From IMG/VR virus record IMGVR_UViG_3300027917_003468, positions 1-64,000 of that record: a DNA stretch of 64,000 nt; one strand, 5' to 3'. This DNA comes from a virus. Lineage: Duplodnaviria; Heunggongvirae; Uroviricota; Caudoviricetes. The notes below the pieces were generated by a model. It searched no databases, was not told the DNA's origin, and saw nothing but the letters and a program-made list of their open reading frames with translations. Positions 17,950-28,344 of this stretch are shown here, in pieces; the first letter of the stretch is position 1, and each line of letters begins with the position of its first letter. Both the position numbers and the translations under genes were made by a program.

Positions 17950-18257
17950 TCTTCTTCTCCCTTCACATAATTGTCTATCAATCCATCAACATCTTCATCA
18001 AGCTCAAATTCAAAATTCTGTGGGAGTGCTTTCTTCTCTTCTGCTGTAAATCCTTTGTCATTACTTACTCTCTCACACACCCATTCCCTGTAGTCTAATT
18101 CTGGAATGAAGCATATTCGACAACATATTCCGTCAAATGAGGGCGAGTTCATATTGCAGTTAACCCAGTCTCCGCACTCTTCACTGTACGCTGTATTTAC
18201 TATAATTCCAGTAAGTACGAGTATTATTCCTATAAGTAGTATAGTTAGTTTATCCAT
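17946..18257 (-). CDS. small secreted Cys-rich protein
   Basis: Signal peptide MDKLTILLIGIILVLTGIIVNTAYS. Confidence 0.45.
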   Translation of the reverse strand: MDKLTILLIGIILVLTGIIVNTAYSEECGDWVNCNMNSPSFDGICCRICFIPELDYREWVCERVSNDKGFTAEEKKALPQNFEFELDEDVDGLIDNYVKGEEE

Positions 18258-18697
18258 GCGCCTTTTCCTCTCTTTAATGTTTTTCTATGGGAGGTTGATA
18301 ACTTTTTCTGCTTTTTGTATCCTAGATCATCTTCTAACTCTTTTAAGATTATGTTCCATCTCTTCTTGATGTATTTCCTAAAGGTGGGATCATTCTTGAA
18401 TAGTATTGCCATTGCACACATAAGCTGCATATGTTCTGGTACTGGATCATCATCTCCTAAGTGAGCGGGTAGAAAAAGAGTACTCTCTTTCTCTCCGATA
18501 ACTAAGGCTACATCCCCCTCATTCAGTTCGATGGATGCGGGTGTGTCTTCCGTTGTCTGGGAAGTTTTTATTAGTGGCTCCTTCTTAGTTATTTTACTTT
18601 TTTGTTTTGGCTGTGCTTTTGGCATTTTGCCTCCATTTATTCCGCAGGAATAGTAACCCACCAAAGACAATTCTTGTTGTGATCCCGTTTTTGACAT
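18245..18697 (-). CDS. hypothetical protein
   Basis: ORF. Confidence 0.4.
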   Translation of the reverse strand: MSKTGSQQELSLVGYYSCGINGGKMPKAQPKQKSKITKKEPLIKTSQTTEDTPASIELNEGDVALVIGEKESTLFLPAHLGDDDPVPEHMQLMCAMAILFKNDPTFRKYIKKRWNIILKELEDDLGYKKQKKLSTSHRKTLKRGKGAWIN

Positions 18698-18912
18698 ATG
18701 CTTTTGGAAAGTACAGGTTGGGTTCTAATCGTTTCCCAAGTCATGCATTGACCCGTGCTTTTGGAATATTCCTTGCAGATCCGCTCTACCTGAATCGGTC
18801 CCATATTGTACCTTATTTCTTCCTGGCCCATTTGTGTAGATTGGGCTGAAATTATAACCGGCAGTAAAATTCCAATTCCTGTCAGTAGGCATATTGTCTT
18901 TACTAGTCTCAT
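18637..18912 (-). CDS. small secreted protein (start MRLVKTI, RBS GGAGAA)
   Basis: Signal peptide begins at an internal Met of the track ORF. Confidence 0.4.
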   Translation of the reverse strand: MRLVKTICLLTGIGILLPVIISAQSTQMGQEEIRYNMGPIQVERICKEYSKSTGQCMTWETIRTQPVLSKSICQKRDHNKNCLWWVTIPAE

Positions 18913-18934
18913 GGTATTCTCCTTCTTGGATTTT

Positions 18935-19291
18935 CTACTTTTTTTGAATGATGTGAGTAATAAAATACCGACTCTCTCCTCTCCATGGAATTTGAGGTAT
19001 GATCTCCCTATATCCGAGTGTAGCCAACTTTCCACTTCTTGCCACATCTTCCACCTGTTTGATGAGGTCTAGATTACCGCCGCCCATCTTTTCCACAGAG
19101 AATTTCCAGATGTTTTCAAGAGTTCCTGATGCTCCTTCTGCCCCTAACGTCATTGTTCCTTCCCATGTTTTGAATATCACCCCCTTCCGGCTGAATTTTG
19201 TAATTACCCCTGTACGTTCTCCTTCACTGTAAGTACATGCCTGTACTGTGATAAATCCAATTAGTAATACTCCGTAAACTAGTTTCTTCAT
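18935..19291 (-). CDS. lipoprotein
   Basis: Signal plus lipobox VQAC. Confidence 0.45.
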   Translation of the reverse strand: MKKLVYGVLLIGFITVQACTYSEGERTGVITKFSRKGVIFKTWEGTMTLGAEGASGTLENIWKFSVEKMGGGNLDLIKQVEDVARSGKLATLGYREIIPQIPWRGESRYFITHIIQKK

Positions 19292-19662
19292 TCTTCTCCT
19301 CCTTTCTGTTTGTCTTCATCTTCTATCTTATCAAGTTCTTCTGCCCATATCTCTTCATATCCATGCAAAGAATAACCGATATCTCTGTAAAACTGCATAA
19401 AGTCATCTATTATGGTAGGATCGTCAAGTTGTGGCATAAAGTAACCCCACATATCATTTAGATTTATTTTATCTGCTAACCATCGAATAGTTGGTCTTGC
19501 TTGGTATCGGTATGTTCCATGATCATCAAGTATGATTGGATGGTCTGAAAGGGAGGCCGTGAATTGGAAACGTTTTGGAATATCCTTGAGACTTACAATC
19601 TTTCCTTTTCTCATTTCCTCCTCCCAGTTAAAGTAAAATAGCTCCTTGATACTGCCAGTCAT
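19288..19662 (-). CDS. hypothetical protein
   Basis: ORF coupled to the radical-SAM gene. Confidence 0.4.
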   Translation of the reverse strand: MTGSIKELFYFNWEEEMRKGKIVSLKDIPKRFQFTASLSDHPIILDDHGTYRYQARPTIRWLADKINLNDMWGYFMPQLDDPTIIDDFMQFYRDIGYSLHGYEEIWAEELDKIEDEDKQKGGEE

Positions 19663-20512
19663 ATCGTAAATGTCCGTCAGGAAAGAATATGAGTTGCCTT
19701 AACTTTTCTTCACTGGGATCTATGGTAAGACAATCAGTAAGGCATATATTCTGGCCGTCCCACTCATATACTGTAGCTCCATGCATCAGATCCATGAGTT
19801 TGACTGCCTTTTCATCAAAGAAGTGCCTGATGTCATTTATTTGGAAATTAGATAATTTGTGGGCCTCGATGAAGTCAGTGATATTCCCAGGTGCGGTTGA
19901 TACTTGAGGCCTTCCAATCCGTCTGAAGGTGAGTTGCTCGACACGATTGTACCGACAGAAATCAGCAAGTTTGAGCATGTGATCCACCGAATCAATGTAA
20001 TTCTTCATAAGTATACAAGAGAGCCGGATGCTGTACCCAATACCATGGAGTAGGTTGATTACATCTTCCAGGTTGATATAGTCTGAGTTCGGGCAAAAAA
20101 TTCTCTTATTTTTCTCTTGTCGGTAATCTGCTATAGAAAGGGCAATGGTTGTTAGTCCATTATTATACCAACGCTGTAGGTAGCTGTCTATATTTTTCTT
20201 GGGATTTCCAAATAAAAGTCCATTGGTCTGAAGCTCAATAAATGGGAACTCATATTTTTTTATTGCATCTAAATACCAATTGATTTCTAGAGGATGTAAA
20301 GTAGGTTCCCCCTTTCCAGTGAGAAGAACTGTGGAGACATTACTTTGCTGGGCATAACGGCATGCAATCTGAAAATTTCTACGGTTTAACTGGTCCAGCG
20401 ATCTTTGTTTTAGCTCAACACCCATTTTCGGTGTCATTTTCGAGACGCAGAAGGGGCAGTGTGCATTACAGGCTCTGGTTCCTATACAGATCGAGAACGT
20501 TTGGATCTTCAC
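19628..20512 (-). CDS. radical SAM enzyme
   Basis: CNAHCPFC (CxxxCxxC) near the N-terminus. Confidence 0.7.
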   Translation of the reverse strand: MKIQTFSICIGTRACNAHCPFCVSKMTPKMGVELKQRSLDQLNRRNFQIACRYAQQSNVSTVLLTGKGEPTLHPLEINWYLDAIKKYEFPFIELQTNGLLFGNPKKNIDSYLQRWYNNGLTTIALSIADYRQEKNKRIFCPNSDYINLEDVINLLHGIGYSIRLSCILMKNYIDSVDHMLKLADFCRYNRVEQLTFRRIGRPQVSTAPGNITDFIEAHKLSNFQINDIRHFFDEKAVKLMDLMHGATVYEWDGQNICLTDCLTIDPSEEKLRQLIFFPDGHLRYDWQYQGAILL

Positions 20513-20698
20513 TATTTACCCTTTCTCTTGGTAGGCTCTCCTGATATGTTTCGTTCAGTAGCACATATAGTACATCGATAAATGAATCCTTCTGGAGCCT
20601 TCTTCGTGGGATTATGCCACCTATTTCCCTTTCCGTACTTCTGGTCTTGGAATTCATGCTGGCATGTACATTTTAGAACCATAGTCTTCTCTTATGAC

Positions 20699-21826
20699 CT
20701 AATCTTTTCCAAGTATCTTTTTGAGATACGTCACCAACTGTTTTGCTCTTATATCTACTGTATGATAACGATGTACTAGCTCGAATCCAGCTTTTGTTAT
20801 ACGTTCCAATTCTTCTGATTGCCCTAACCAATGTATGATCTTATCTTTGATGCTCTTATCATTTAATGATATCTCTATCATGTTATTATCTGGAATAAAG
20901 CCTAATCTTCCTAGTTCTGGTGTATAATCGGAGAGTAGAGCCGAATTACAGGCTGGTATCTCAAAAGTTTTCAACACGGAATAGTTTAATATACTTGTAC
21001 AGGAAACCGCCATGAAAGAGCTGTTAATCATCTTAGCGTATTTTTTGCCGGTATATGTCCCTAACTCTCTTTTTGTGTATATCTCATGTGGGAGAGGAAG
21101 GTGCATGCAGAACGATTCCTCTTTAAGTTCTTGGCTCATACGATATCGGAGAGGGTATACTTCTGAATTGTTATGTCCAGTTAATAGACATCCAATAGAT
21201 TTTTCATGTCTATAGTCTTTATAGATTGTAGGAGATATACATAGAGGTAACCACATTACCTGTTCCATATTTATGTCTGGAAGGAGTGTATTGAATGGAT
21301 CATAATAAGCAGCCAACATGACTTCAAATCCAAATTCAGTATTAACCTTTCTAATTTGCTTTTGTAGTCTAGATCCGTGGATGTCAACTAATCTTAGGAC
21401 TTTGAGCTGATCGTATTTTTTCCACTTTTCTGTCATGAATGCCCAGATCGCATCACAGATAATGACATCGCAATTTTCTACCTTGCGTTTGGATAACAGT
21501 GGTTCTGATTCAATTGTCCCATTCCATACCTTATCTCTCCAAACAGAATGCTCCAGTTTTATATTACGCTCTTCGAGATATACATTGGCATATTTGGCCA
21601 CAGCTCTGGGCAACGGTGTAAAATATTGTGAATCCCATCTTTTAGAGCGATCAACGGTCAGCCATAAAATTGTAATATCATGATTACTGCTGCTAATAAG
21701 TTTACTGTGTGGTTCAAGATACCTATAAAATCCTTTTTCTACCCTCCTTTTGGCAACGCTCTCGGAAACACTCTTGATAGCTCCATCAGCAATTCTTTCG
21801 ATCTTGACTACTGGTTGTTTGGCCAA
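20699..21826 (-). CDS. CgeB-like/DUF3880-like glycosyltransferase-family protein; paralog of 51844..52854
   Basis: Shared C-terminal block FEIPACNSALLSDYTPELGRLGFIPDNNMIEI with the paralog. Confidence 0.5.
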   Translation of the reverse strand: MAKQPVVKIERIADGAIKSVSESVAKRRVEKGFYRYLEPHSKLISSSNHDITILWLTVDRSKRWDSQYFTPLPRAVAKYANVYLEERNIKLEHSVWRDKVWNGTIESEPLLSKRKVENCDVIICDAIWAFMTEKWKKYDQLKVLRLVDIHGSRLQKQIRKVNTEFGFEVMLAAYYDPFNTLLPDINMEQVMWLPLCISPTIYKDYRHEKSIGCLLTGHNNSEVYPLRYRMSQELKEESFCMHLPLPHEIYTKRELGTYTGKKYAKMINSSFMAVSCTSILNYSVLKTFEIPACNSALLSDYTPELGRLGFIPDNNMIEISLNDKSIKDKIIHWLGQSEELERITKAGFELVHRYHTVDIRAKQLVTYLKKILGKD

Positions 21827-21835
21827 ATAATTCTC

Positions 21836-22105
21836 CTATAGGAGGCTTTGTATAGCTGTTGTTCTGGTTCTTGGCTTTGCTTTTCTTGATCGGGAAAGTT
21901 TTTTTACTTTCTTTGTCTGATGAGTGGTGCTGCAGTTAGGGCAAAGCCAATGTGCTACAGAGCCGTCAGTTTTGGTTTCTCTCCACCCACAAATTGTAGC
22001 AAGTCTGAAAAGATCTTTAGTAGTTACGTGCTCGATCTTCCTGCTACAGTTCCGATCATCACACTCAATGTAGTTAAAGTGTCCCATTGTCTTTACAACT
22101 GGCAT
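21836..22105 (-). CDS. small Zn-ribbon protein with basic tail
   Basis: C..C ... CPNC; KK-rich C-terminus. Confidence 0.4.
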   Translation of the reverse strand: MPVVKTMGHFNYIECDDRNCSRKIEHVTTKDLFRLATICGWRETKTDGSVAHWLCPNCSTTHQTKKVKKLSRSRKAKPRTRTTAIQSLL

Positions 22106-22394
22106 GACTCTCTCCTTTTTCTCTGTTTTTGCTGGTAGTGCTGGGCTTTGTTAAATTATCTCAAAATTCTTTATAAAGTACTTTAATATATGAATACAAC
22201 ATCTTATGTCCGTGAGTTAATATCAAATGACTTTGTAATCCAGAAGGTTTTTATAAAAATCAATTTAGAATGAACTCTCCCATTGGTACTGATTTTTGGT
22301 ATTTTATTGCCTATACCAATACCAATGGGGAGATTGTTTGCACGGTTAAGAAATACAGGACTTTTACTTCAGTAAATGGCATCATCCACTCTGT

Positions 22395-22859
22395 TTATGA
22401 GATGACATTAATTGCAAGAACCGTCCCCTGTTGTGCTGCTTTAGGGAGTTTCTTCTTTGAACCATTAACTGGTTGTGTGTGGAGCTTCCATCTGTTCTTG
22501 TCCTGGTATAAGAAAAGGCGGAGCTCCTGTTTCTTGATCTTCTTCTTCTGGGCCGTGAGAATCTCCTCTCGATTTTTTTTGTAGTAGTCTTTTAGATAGG
22601 CTTGGATCTCCTTTCTATACTTCCTGTAACGCTTTTGTTGATAGGCAATGATTTTGTCTTTGTTCTTTTGGTAGTACTCCGCACGTTCTGCCTTGTGTAT
22701 CTGGTAGTATCTTTTCTGATACTCCCGCACCTTCTTGGGGGTGCGGTAAGCCTTCTTTGGCTTACCTGTAGTGCGTGTCTTTCTCATTTTCCTCCCCTTT
22801 GTTTGAAGTTGTCGTTTCCTACCTACTTTGATGCCTTCCGGCCAAGGAAAGTACCGCAA
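22395..22859 (-). CDS. highly basic Lys/Arg/Tyr-rich protein (nucleic-acid-binding?)
   Basis: KRYRKYRKEIQAYLKDYYKK repeats. Confidence 0.45.
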   Translation of the reverse strand: MRYFPWPEGIKVGRKRQLQTKGRKMRKTRTTGKPKKAYRTPKKVREYQKRYYQIHKAERAEYYQKNKDKIIAYQQKRYRKYRKEIQAYLKDYYKKNREEILTAQKKKIKKQELRLFLYQDKNRWKLHTQPVNGSKKKLPKAAQQGTVLAINVIS

Positions 22860-23151
22860 GTGTGCGAATTTTTTGTATTTTCTACGGTGGCTTTTTAATC
22901 ATAACTTATCCTCCTATTTTAGTGGGTTATAAAAAATATGTTACACTCTACTTGAATTTAATTAATTTTATTTTTAGTTGAGCTCGTTAGAGTAGAGTAG
23001 TTGTCGAACCGCCTCTATTTCATGCCAACGTTCAAGAGCTATCTGCAATTTATGAATAGTAGTTTCTAAAATGTCTCCTTCGGGAATCGTATATTTTGAT
23101 ATGTGCCCATTCATAGTTATGATAAGTGCGAGTGCAGTAAGTAAGGCATCT

Positions 23152-24111
23152 TCAATTTTGTCTACTTCTGGCACTTTCACTATTCCTCTTTCTCTTGTGA
23201 TATTTTAAAATCCTGGCAAGGGAATCAGAGTAGGGAAGTGTCCTAGCGGTTTTAGATTTTTTCATAGCAAGTAACTGTGCCACAATCTTTGCCTCTTCTT
23301 GGCTGTATCGCAACCGTTTGGGATCTACTTTAGTACCTTTTGTTCCTGTCATATCACTGAGCATTTTATTTATATCATCAAGAAACTTTGGGTTGGCAAC
23401 TACGTCTAGATCGTAGCCACCTACAATTCTAGTAGCTGTTCCTCGCCCATCAAAATAGCCTCTTATGAATGACGTATGCAGTAAAGAATTGTTTAGGATA
23501 TTAGGATACTTGATATGTACAATGGGACGGACACCTAATTCAGAGAGCTTACTAACCAGTTCCTTACAGGTTATGGTAAAACGGATCCGAGTATCAGTTG
23601 TGATCCAAGGCTGTTTTGTATTTAGGAACTCTCGAAATCTATTAATTCGCATGGTGTGGAATCTGTCACTTGGAGCATTCACCTCAAAATGGTATTTGGA
23701 CTTGAGAAACCCTCTAGAATAAAGATATCCTAACCAATACACGGAGTGAATGTTGAGAGTATCAAATGCCTTATAGTTTATATCGTATTTTCTTCTTTTA
23801 ACGGGCTCTACTTTATTGCTCTTGAATATACGGGAGATGGTACTTGGACATACGTTATATTGTCTTGCTAGTTCTTCCAGGGTTTCTCCATTATACTTTT
23901 GGCACATGGTCTTAATTTGTTCAGGTGATAATTTTCTCCAACTACCACGCTTTCTAATAGGTTCCCCCCAAGCAATTAAATTTTTGGACACAGTCTCATG
24001 GGAAACACCATACTTTCTTCCTATAGCTCTGAGGGAACGACCTCTTTGGTAATCTTGTATTATTCTAGTTTTGAATCTCTCTACGGTGCTCACCGGTAAT
24101 ACCTCTTTCAA
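23152..24111 (-). CDS. LAGLIDADG homing endonuclease with N-terminal HTH domains
   Basis: VYWLGYLYSRGF and FIRGYFDGRGT motifs; N-terminal HTH repeats; paralog of 3121..3951. Confidence 0.75.
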   Translation of the reverse strand: MKEVLPVSTVERFKTRIIQDYQRGRSLRAIGRKYGVSHETVSKNLIAWGEPIRKRGSWRKLSPEQIKTMCQKYNGETLEELARQYNVCPSTISRIFKSNKVEPVKRRKYDINYKAFDTLNIHSVYWLGYLYSRGFLKSKYHFEVNAPSDRFHTMRINRFREFLNTKQPWITTDTRIRFTITCKELVSKLSELGVRPIVHIKYPNILNNSLLHTSFIRGYFDGRGTATRIVGGYDLDVVANPKFLDDINKMLSDMTGTKGTKVDPKRLRYSQEEAKIVAQLLAMKKSKTARTLPYSDSLARILKYHKRKRNSESARSRQN

Positions 24112-24124
24112 AGAACACTGTTCT

Positions 24125-24460
24125 TTATTCAGGATCTTCTTGTTCTAGAAGTAGTTCTTTGCGCCCACAGTTAGGACATTTTTTATCAGGATCCTTCTCA
24201 TAGTCTTTATAAGTGTACCAATACATGTGTGTTATTGTCTCGGCTATATATTGCAACTCACAAGCGGTATGTAAGAAGATATCGATGGCTTCAATGTTTT
24301 GCCCGTTGATTCTAGGTGTGATTGATCGGACCTTGGGGTCATTAATGGCAAGTTCGAATATTCCTTTGATAGCAGAAAAGGTGTCGTTTTTGAATGGATG
24401 GTATTCATCATTCCAAAAATGATCTTGCGCCCAGCTACAACTCTGGCATGCAACAAACAT
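24125..24460 (-). CDS. hypothetical Zn-ribbon protein
   Basis: CPNCG motif. Confidence 0.4.
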   Translation of the reverse strand: MFVACQSCSWAQDHFWNDEYHPFKNDTFSAIKGIFELAINDPKVRSITPRINGQNIEAIDIFLHTACELQYIAETITHMYWYTYKDYEKDPDKKCPNCGRKELLLEQEDPE

Positions 24461-24488
24461 TTCGCCCCCCTTCTTTTGTCAAAAGATA

Positions 24489-24845
24489 TCATCTGACAAC
24501 ATCCCCCTTTTCTTGTGCAGCTTGATTTTCCTCCTCCTTCATTAACTTCGGAAGGTTAATTAGATTGGTTATTTGCTCGTCCTGCAATCTAATAATAGTA
24601 CAGAGTTTGTATACAAGTTCTGGAGATTGAGCGAGGAATTCCAACAGAGTGGCACTAGTAATTTTTCTAACTTGTTGTAAGGTCAATGGTGGGTTGATTT
24701 GTTCGACGGCCTCTTCTATAACTTCAATATCTTTTATGGTAATCAGTTCGGGTCTTTTATTGATGAAGGTTCGCAGATTAGTTATAGGCATTTTTATTAT
24801 TCCCTGTATGTCTTTTGGCTGGCGTGAGTGGATTCGAACCACCAT
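24489..24845 (-). CDS. hypothetical protein
   Basis: ORF; the track end overlaps tRNA-Asn slightly. Confidence 0.35.
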   Translation of the reverse strand: MVVRIHSRQPKDIQGIIKMPITNLRTFINKRPELITIKDIEVIEEAVEQINPPLTLQQVRKITSATLLEFLAQSPELVYKLCTIIRLQDEQITNLINLPKLMKEEENQAAQEKGDVVR

Positions 24846-24892
24846 ATTCCTGATTAACAGTCAGGCTCCATTGCCGAGTCGGACACACGCCA
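24816..24892 (-). tRNA. tRNA-Asn (anticodon GTT), CCA encoded
   Basis: Hand-folded cloverleaf: acceptor TGGCGTG/CACGCCA, T-loop GGTTCGAATCC, anticodon loop CTGTTAA. Confidence 0.75.
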
Positions 24893-24971
24893 GGATTGGG
24901 GCATATCTCTAATCTGGACTGCGATCCGACTATTCTCGTGTTGATGAATACAGAATGTCATCTTTTCCTCC

Positions 24972-25045
24972 CTTTAACTGGCTTGGGGAAAAGGACTCGA
25001 ACCCTTATTTCTGGAGCCAAATTCCAGCGTCCTGCCGTTGGACGA
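24972..25045 (-). tRNA. tRNA-Gln (TTG), CCA encoded
   Basis: Acceptor TTGGGGA/TCCCCAA, T-loop GGTTCGAGTCC, anticodon loop ATTTGGC. Confidence 0.7.
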
Positions 25046-25210
25046 TCCCCAAACTCTTTCGCTGGTTAATTTATTCATGGTCTGACGGTACCATAGCTCT
25101 GGATTCTTGTCAATACCTTTTAGAAAAAAAATTGAATCCCAAGAAAATATTTGATTCGGTTACAGAGAGTGTTATAATAAAATAACTAAATAATATAACA
25201 GGGGAATTCC

Positions 25211-25837
25211 ATGGATAATAAACCTTTCCTAACTGTTGTAACTCGTTGCTTTAAAAGGCCTTTGTTGTTACGAGAAAATGTAAAATCTCTTAAATCACAA
25301 ACGGACCCAGATTATGAACAGATTTTTATCATAGATCGTAAAGGTAAAGGTCTTGCTGCTGCTGATCGAGTCTTGGATGAGTACAAGGATCTCAATACGG
25401 GCCAGTACATTCTTGTATTAGATGACGATGACATGGTTCTAGAATCCGAGTTTATTGCTACTGTCAAGGAGGTGGCAAAAGATAAAGATCCAGATGTAAT
25501 TATATGGAGAGGTCGGTTTGGTAAAGGATATCAAACCGACCTTCCACCTAAAGATACTAATTGGGGAAAGACTATTGTAAAAGCTAAAATAGGCAGTTTC
25601 AACTATGCCATAAAAAATGAACTTTATAAAAAACATATTCATGTCTGCAAAACCGGAGTGGCTGGTGACTTTGATTTTCTAAAAAAAGTTCTTAATCAAT
25701 GTCCTCCTCAAAAGGTTGTGTGGCTTGATACTACCTTTGTTGGAATACAGGTAAAGAGTAAAGGTAGAGCCGTTCAAAGTGTACGTAAGATTGGTAACAA
25801 AAGAGTTCTCAGTCGCCATAAGAATCGCTGGCGGTAA
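25211..25837 (+). CDS. GT-A-like glycosyltransferase-family protein; paralog of 53621..54238
   Basis: FLTVVTRCFKRP...DPDYEQIFIIDRKGKGL matches FLTIITRAYKKP...DADYEHIILEDKIGKGL; isolated + strand gene with extended -10 TGTTATAAT upstream. Confidence 0.55.
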   Translation: MDNKPFLTVVTRCFKRPLLLRENVKSLKSQTDPDYEQIFIIDRKGKGLAAADRVLDEYKDLNTGQYILVLDDDDMVLESEFIATVKEVAKDKDPDVIIWRGRFGKGYQTDLPPKDTNWGKTIVKAKIGSFNYAIKNELYKKHIHVCKTGVAGDFDFLKKVLNQCPPQKVVWLDTTFVGIQVKSKGRAVQSVRKIGNKRVLSRHKNRWR

Positions 25838-25839
25838 TA

Positions 25840-26235
25840 TTACTTGATCTCAATCTTCTTTACGTATTTCTCTTTCTTTGGAATCGTGATTAGTAGGATA
25901 CCGTTCTTTAGCTCTCCCTCAATCTGATCTACTATAATATTATCTGGTAGGGAATAGGTTCTAGAGAAGGCTCCGCTAAAATCCCATTCGTCGCTCTTTT
26001 CTTTCTTCTCGCCCCGAATACTTATAATACCATCAGAAATTTCTACTGTAACTTCATCCTTCTCAAATCCAACCGCTTCTGCACGAATAAGATACTCTTT
26101 GTCGGTTTCTTTCGTTTTCAGTTCAAAAGATGCATTCCCAGCCCCTCCCCAGGTAGTATCCATATCTGACCAGTAGGGAAAAAGAGACTGGTTGAAATCA
26201 AACAATGATTTTAATGGATTGTATTTTACTATCAT
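25840..26235 (-). CDS. small heat-shock protein (Hsp20/alpha-crystallin domain)
   Basis: Alpha-crystallin pattern: AEAVGFEKDEVTVEI..ISIRGEK...F.R...LP...V....GILLITIPKK. Confidence 0.65.
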   Translation of the reverse strand: MIVKYNPLKSLFDFNQSLFPYWSDMDTTWGGAGNASFELKTKETDKEYLIRAEAVGFEKDEVTVEISDGIISIRGEKKEKSDEWDFSGAFSRTYSLPDNIIVDQIEGELKNGILLITIPKKEKYVKKIEIK

Positions 26236-26438
26236 GGTTTTATCCCCCTATCTTAGTATGTTTGTATGCCGCAGTAAAGGACAGCACCTAGATAACCAGT
26301 GACGAGTAGAGTTGCTATTGTAAGCCCAACTTCAGCTATTTTTTCTTTGGTACATTTACTCATCTTTAATTCCTCCCGGTTTGTTTTTACTAGATATATT
26401 CCAGTATACCTAGTAAAATAATCATTAATTTAAACCGG

Positions 26439-26933
26439 TCAACCTTTTGTTTTGAGATATTCTAAAATTTTACACATCCGATTATATGTGCGCTCATGAA
26501 TATCTGTGTAACCTTTTCTTCCTTCGGAATTACCAGCTACATTGAGTACGTGAATTGAATTTTTTTCAATCCACATAGCTACCTTCTCAGTTTCCTTGTC
26601 ATCCTCTTTTTTTAGATCAATATCAAAATGGGGCTTGTTACAGTATTTTATTGCCTGTCTGGTACATCGTTCTCCAGCAGTATTAAATGTTACAGCAAAT
26701 CGTATAGTACCGTCAGATATGATTACATTTGCCCATGTACGTTGAGGATATCCCCCCCCTTTAAGTTCAGCAAGTCCAAATCTATTTTTCAATAGTTTCT
26801 TGTTCGGGCCATCTAGAGTCATCCAACCTTCAGGGGCAAATCCGCCAGTTTTGATCTTATATTTTTTAGCTGCAAATAAACCGGCCTGATCTGCTCCTGT
26901 TTGACCTCCAGATATAATCATTTCTAATGGCAT
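26439..26933 (-). CDS. SLOG-superfamily protein (putative molybdenum-cofactor-carrier-like, GGQTGAD motif)
   Basis: MIISGGQTGADQAGL N-terminal motif. Confidence 0.45.
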   Translation of the reverse strand: MPLEMIISGGQTGADQAGLFAAKKYKIKTGGFAPEGWMTLDGPNKKLLKNRFGLAELKGGGYPQRTWANVIISDGTIRFAVTFNTAGERCTRQAIKYCNKPHFDIDLKKEDDKETEKVAMWIEKNSIHVLNVAGNSEGRKGYTDIHERTYNRMCKILEYLKTKG

Positions 26934-26948
26934 CTTCTTACCTCTTGA

Positions 26949-27446
26949 TCATGTCTTTCTTTTCACCTTGTATACTCTTCTTTTCTTTACTATCGGTTCT
27001 TGTACTTTCTTCACAACAGGAGCAGATTTGAGAGCCCCCGCTTTCTTGAGTTTGACATACTCCTGATACTCCTGCCAAATTTTGTCTACTCGTATCTTCT
27101 TCTTTGTCTTACCGAAACTACTGATGGCCATCTTCTTTATATTTTTGAATTCTTTCTTTGCCACTTCAGAGCTATCTCCTATTCTCATGTCCTCCACCGA
27201 TTTACAAACATGATGGAACCCGAGAAAGTACATAGGACAGTAAGTACAGACAGCAGTAGTAGCTTTTGTTTGTTGATGTATATTCTGGCAGAGGGGACGT
27301 AATACTGTAGCCTGATCGATATACTGGAAGTTAAACGCCATCCAGATATCCAGAGTTCTGTCAATAGCTTTTAGTAGGTCCTCACGATCTACACCTTTGA
27401 AACCCATATGATTTCTCCTTATAGAAGTACTAATAACATAATACAA
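26949..27446 (-). CDS. hypothetical protein with Lys-rich tail
   Basis: ORF. Confidence 0.4.
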   Translation of the reverse strand: MYYVISTSIRRNHMGFKGVDREDLLKAIDRTLDIWMAFNFQYIDQATVLRPLCQNIHQQTKATTAVCTYCPMYFLGFHHVCKSVEDMRIGDSSEVAKKEFKNIKKMAISSFGKTKKKIRVDKIWQEYQEYVKLKKAGALKSAPVVKKVQEPIVKKRRVYKVKRKT

Positions 27447-27523
27447 ATAAGACCAAAAATTGTTGACAAAAGAATTAGGTCTTCGATTTCTCTGGGGTCC
27501 ATTTTATTGCCTTCCTGTATTAC

Positions 27524-27607
27524 GGAGGATAGAGGATTTGAACCCCTACTGGTGTTACCCAGACTTCCGATTTCGAGTCGGATACCTTACCATTCAGTCA
27601 ATCCTCC
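27524..27607 (-). tRNA. tRNA-Ser (CGA), long variable arm, no encoded CCA
   Basis: Acceptor GGAGGAT/ATCCTCC; anticodon arm TCCGA-CTCGAAA-TCGGA; long extra arm; T-loop GGTTCAAATCC. Confidence 0.7.
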
Positions 27608-27789
27608 AATTTTTTGAGAATGTTTTTATAATGCTCTAAAGCTTTTATAGTGTCCCAATAAGTATAAGTAGATAGAATATCCTCGCTTTTTGTAATTTCC
27701 CATATTTCATCGTCAACATCTCTTGGGTCCATAAATTCACTTCTGGGATAAAGTAAATAGGCTAAAGCTTTCATAACTGGATCAATCAT

Positions 27790-28188
27790 TTAATTCTCCT
27801 TATTTATCTCTTCTCGCATCCAGTTACTTAATGGGCAATCCTGTTTTAAGAGCTCTTCAAAATAACCTGGTGCGTGAGAGAGGTAGACACGAGTGTGTTT
27901 ATCATTTTGGATTAGCACACTTTTGAATGTGGGAGTCCAAACATGGCCACACCCAGAAGGTTCGGTTTCGAAGTCTTTCTCCTTACAGATCCTTTCCTTC
28001 TCTACCCATTTCTTTGCACTCATGTAATATTCATATAACTCATTGTAAGTTGGCTCTCTACCATTTAGAGACCAATCATAATCACAACAGATATCATCGA
28101 TCTCTTTGCCGCACTTTGGACAATCAATATAACCCATCATAATAGTCAATCCTCCACAATATTTTTTGCTGCTTCTTCCCCAGCCCAT
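27790..28188 (-). CDS. hypothetical Zn-binding protein
   Basis: CPKCG..CC. Confidence 0.4.
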   Translation of the reverse strand: MGWGRSSKKYCGGLTIMMGYIDCPKCGKEIDDICCDYDWSLNGREPTYNELYEYYMSAKKWVEKERICKEKDFETEPSGCGHVWTPTFKSVLIQNDKHTRVYLSHAPGYFEELLKQDCPLSNWMREEINKEN

Positions 28189-28344
28189 AGTATTAGGTCG
28201 TCTGAAAGCTGCGGGTTTTCTTTTGAGATTATCTGTGCATAGGTTATCATGGCTTTTCTTGAGGCTACTGCGTATATGTCAGTACCCTTTGGCTTGAGAA
28301 CAAAATACTTCATTACTAGACCTTCCATTTCTTCCTCCTTCCAT

